64,000 nucleotides of DNA from Cyanobium sp. (GTDB lineage Bacteria; Cyanobacteriota; Cyanobacteriia; PCC-6307; Cyanobiaceae): NCBI GenBank assembly GCA_965662115.1, contig CBFIGH010000013.1:11914-75913 (forward strand). The letters run 5' to 3'. The notes under the pieces were generated by a model. The model did not search any database. It saw nothing but the letters and a program-made list of their open reading frames with translations, and was not told the DNA's origin. Shown here piece by piece: positions 63,213 through 64,000 of this stretch (the stretch's first letter is position 1; every line of letters begins with the position of its first letter). A program made the translations under genes and the position numbers.

Positions 63213-64000
63213 GGGGGGATTGGTGAAGGAGGTCGTCGACGATCTGGCCCAGCTGCTGTTGCTCTGCTGGGCTGCTGTGGGGGTTGCCGGCGCGATGACC
63301 CAGCAGCGAATCGATCACCTGCAGCGTGGCGCCGGGGATGGCGTCGGCGTCGGCGGCCAGATCGTCAACCGGGAAGTAGAGGTCGTGGCTGGCGGCCACC
63401 ACGGCCGTGCGGGCCTGGATGCACCCGAGGGTTTCGGCTAGATCACCGCCGCCGGCCACGTCATGGGCCAGCCAGGTGTCGAGCATGGCGATCAGGTCGC
63501 GGGGGTCGTGGCGCTGGTAGTGGGGCAGCCATTGGCGCTCCACGTGGTCTTCGACCGATTCGCTGAGCGAGCGGAAGTAGGGCTGGCTCGCGGCCCAGCT
63601 GGCATAGATCAGGGCGAAGGTGCGCAGCCCCTGCTGCGGCGGCGCATCAAAGCTGGCCCCGTTCCAGTGGCGATCGGCGCACAGGGCCTGGCGCAGGCTG
63701 AGCAGGAACAGGCGGTTGTGGGGGGAGGTGCGGGCCGTGCCGCACACACAGCAGATCCGCTCGACGGCCTCCGGATGATCGACGGCCCACTGGTAGGCCT
63801 GTTGGGCTCCCATTGACCAGCCGTAGATCAGGGCCAGCCGTTGGACGCCGAACACCTCCGCCAGCACCTGCCGCTGGGCGGCGATGTTGTCGCGGTGGCT
63901 CACCAGCCAGCCCTGTTCCGCCAGACCCATGGCCCCGTGGCTGGGGCTGCTGGAGCAACCGTTGCCAAACATGCCCGCGATCACGATGCACCAGCGTTGC
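63205..64000 (-). CDS. alpha/beta hydrolase of the MetX (homoserine O-acetyltransferase-like) family, N-terminus beyond the right edge
   Basis: VIAGMFGNGCSSSP, GWSMGAQQAYQWA (nucleophile elbow GxSxG), HDLYFP, DSLLGHRA. The frame stays open to position 64000. 8-nt overlap with the GS-like gene. Confidence 0.7.
   Translation of the reverse strand, partial: QRWCIVIAGMFGNGCSSSPSHGAMGLAEQGWLVSHRDNIAAQRQVLAEVFGVQRLALIYGWSMGAQQAYQWAVDHPEAVERICCVCGTARTSPHNRLFLLSLRQALCADRHWNGASFDAPPQQGLRTFALIYASWAASQPYFRSLSESVEDHVERQWLPHYQRHDPRDLIAMLDTWLAHDVAGGGDLAETLGCIQARTAVVAASHDLYFPVDDLAADADAIPGATLQVIDSLLGHRAGNPHSSPAEQQQLGQIVDDLLHQSPHA

Noticed and set aside
62406-63566. 386-aa plus-strand ORF
   Set aside because: It is antisense to the GS-family and MetX-like genes and has no motifs.
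1-64000. Search by eye for rRNA, tRNA, tmRNA, RNase P RNA, CRISPR repeats and known cyanobacterial sRNA cores (e.g. the Yfr1 ACUCCUCACAC)
   Set aside because: No intergenic gap is large enough or shows the expected conserved strings or regularly spaced repeats. tRNAscan/Infernal would be needed to exclude them formally.

Overview
This is a high-GC chromosomal segment (roughly two-thirds G+C by eye, not computed) that looks like a picocyanobacterium of the Synechococcus/Cyanobium type. It carries acsF, prk, class II fba, psb30/ycf12, ctpA, a cbbY-like gene, a ycf20-like gene and a plant-type glycerate kinase. Housekeeping genes include ispG, mfd, fmt, tldD/pmbA, recJ, ftsH, thrC, accD, leuB, lpxD, proB and rpmF. 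About 70 protein-coding genes are tightly packed, many with 1-14 nt start/stop overlaps. I saw no rRNA, tRNA or CRISPR array by eye. One single-ORF IS66-family element (about 9140-10882) lies next to a visibly more AT-rich P-domain/PEP-CTERM gene whose 5' end contains a G12 homopolymer. The most unusual content is a two-gene module at 1765-4933. It encodes an arginase with three N-terminal EF-hands, followed 4 nt later by a UT-family urea channel with C-terminal EF-hands. The module is nested antisense inside a split phnD / phnC-phnE transporter locus. Other items worth a second look: a Coq4-motif protein coupled to a secreted HExxH protein; an RNase II/R-family protein with degenerate catalytic motifs; thrC followed by a MoaD/ThiS-like GG protein and a bicupin; a membrane-anchored CofE-like protein; a DEAD-box helicase whose Q-motif region lies upstream of any canonical start codon; and four short perfect tandem duplications. 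Many long ORFs in the supplied track are antisense or high-GC artefacts and were not called. All homology statements come from motif recognition by eye, not from searches.
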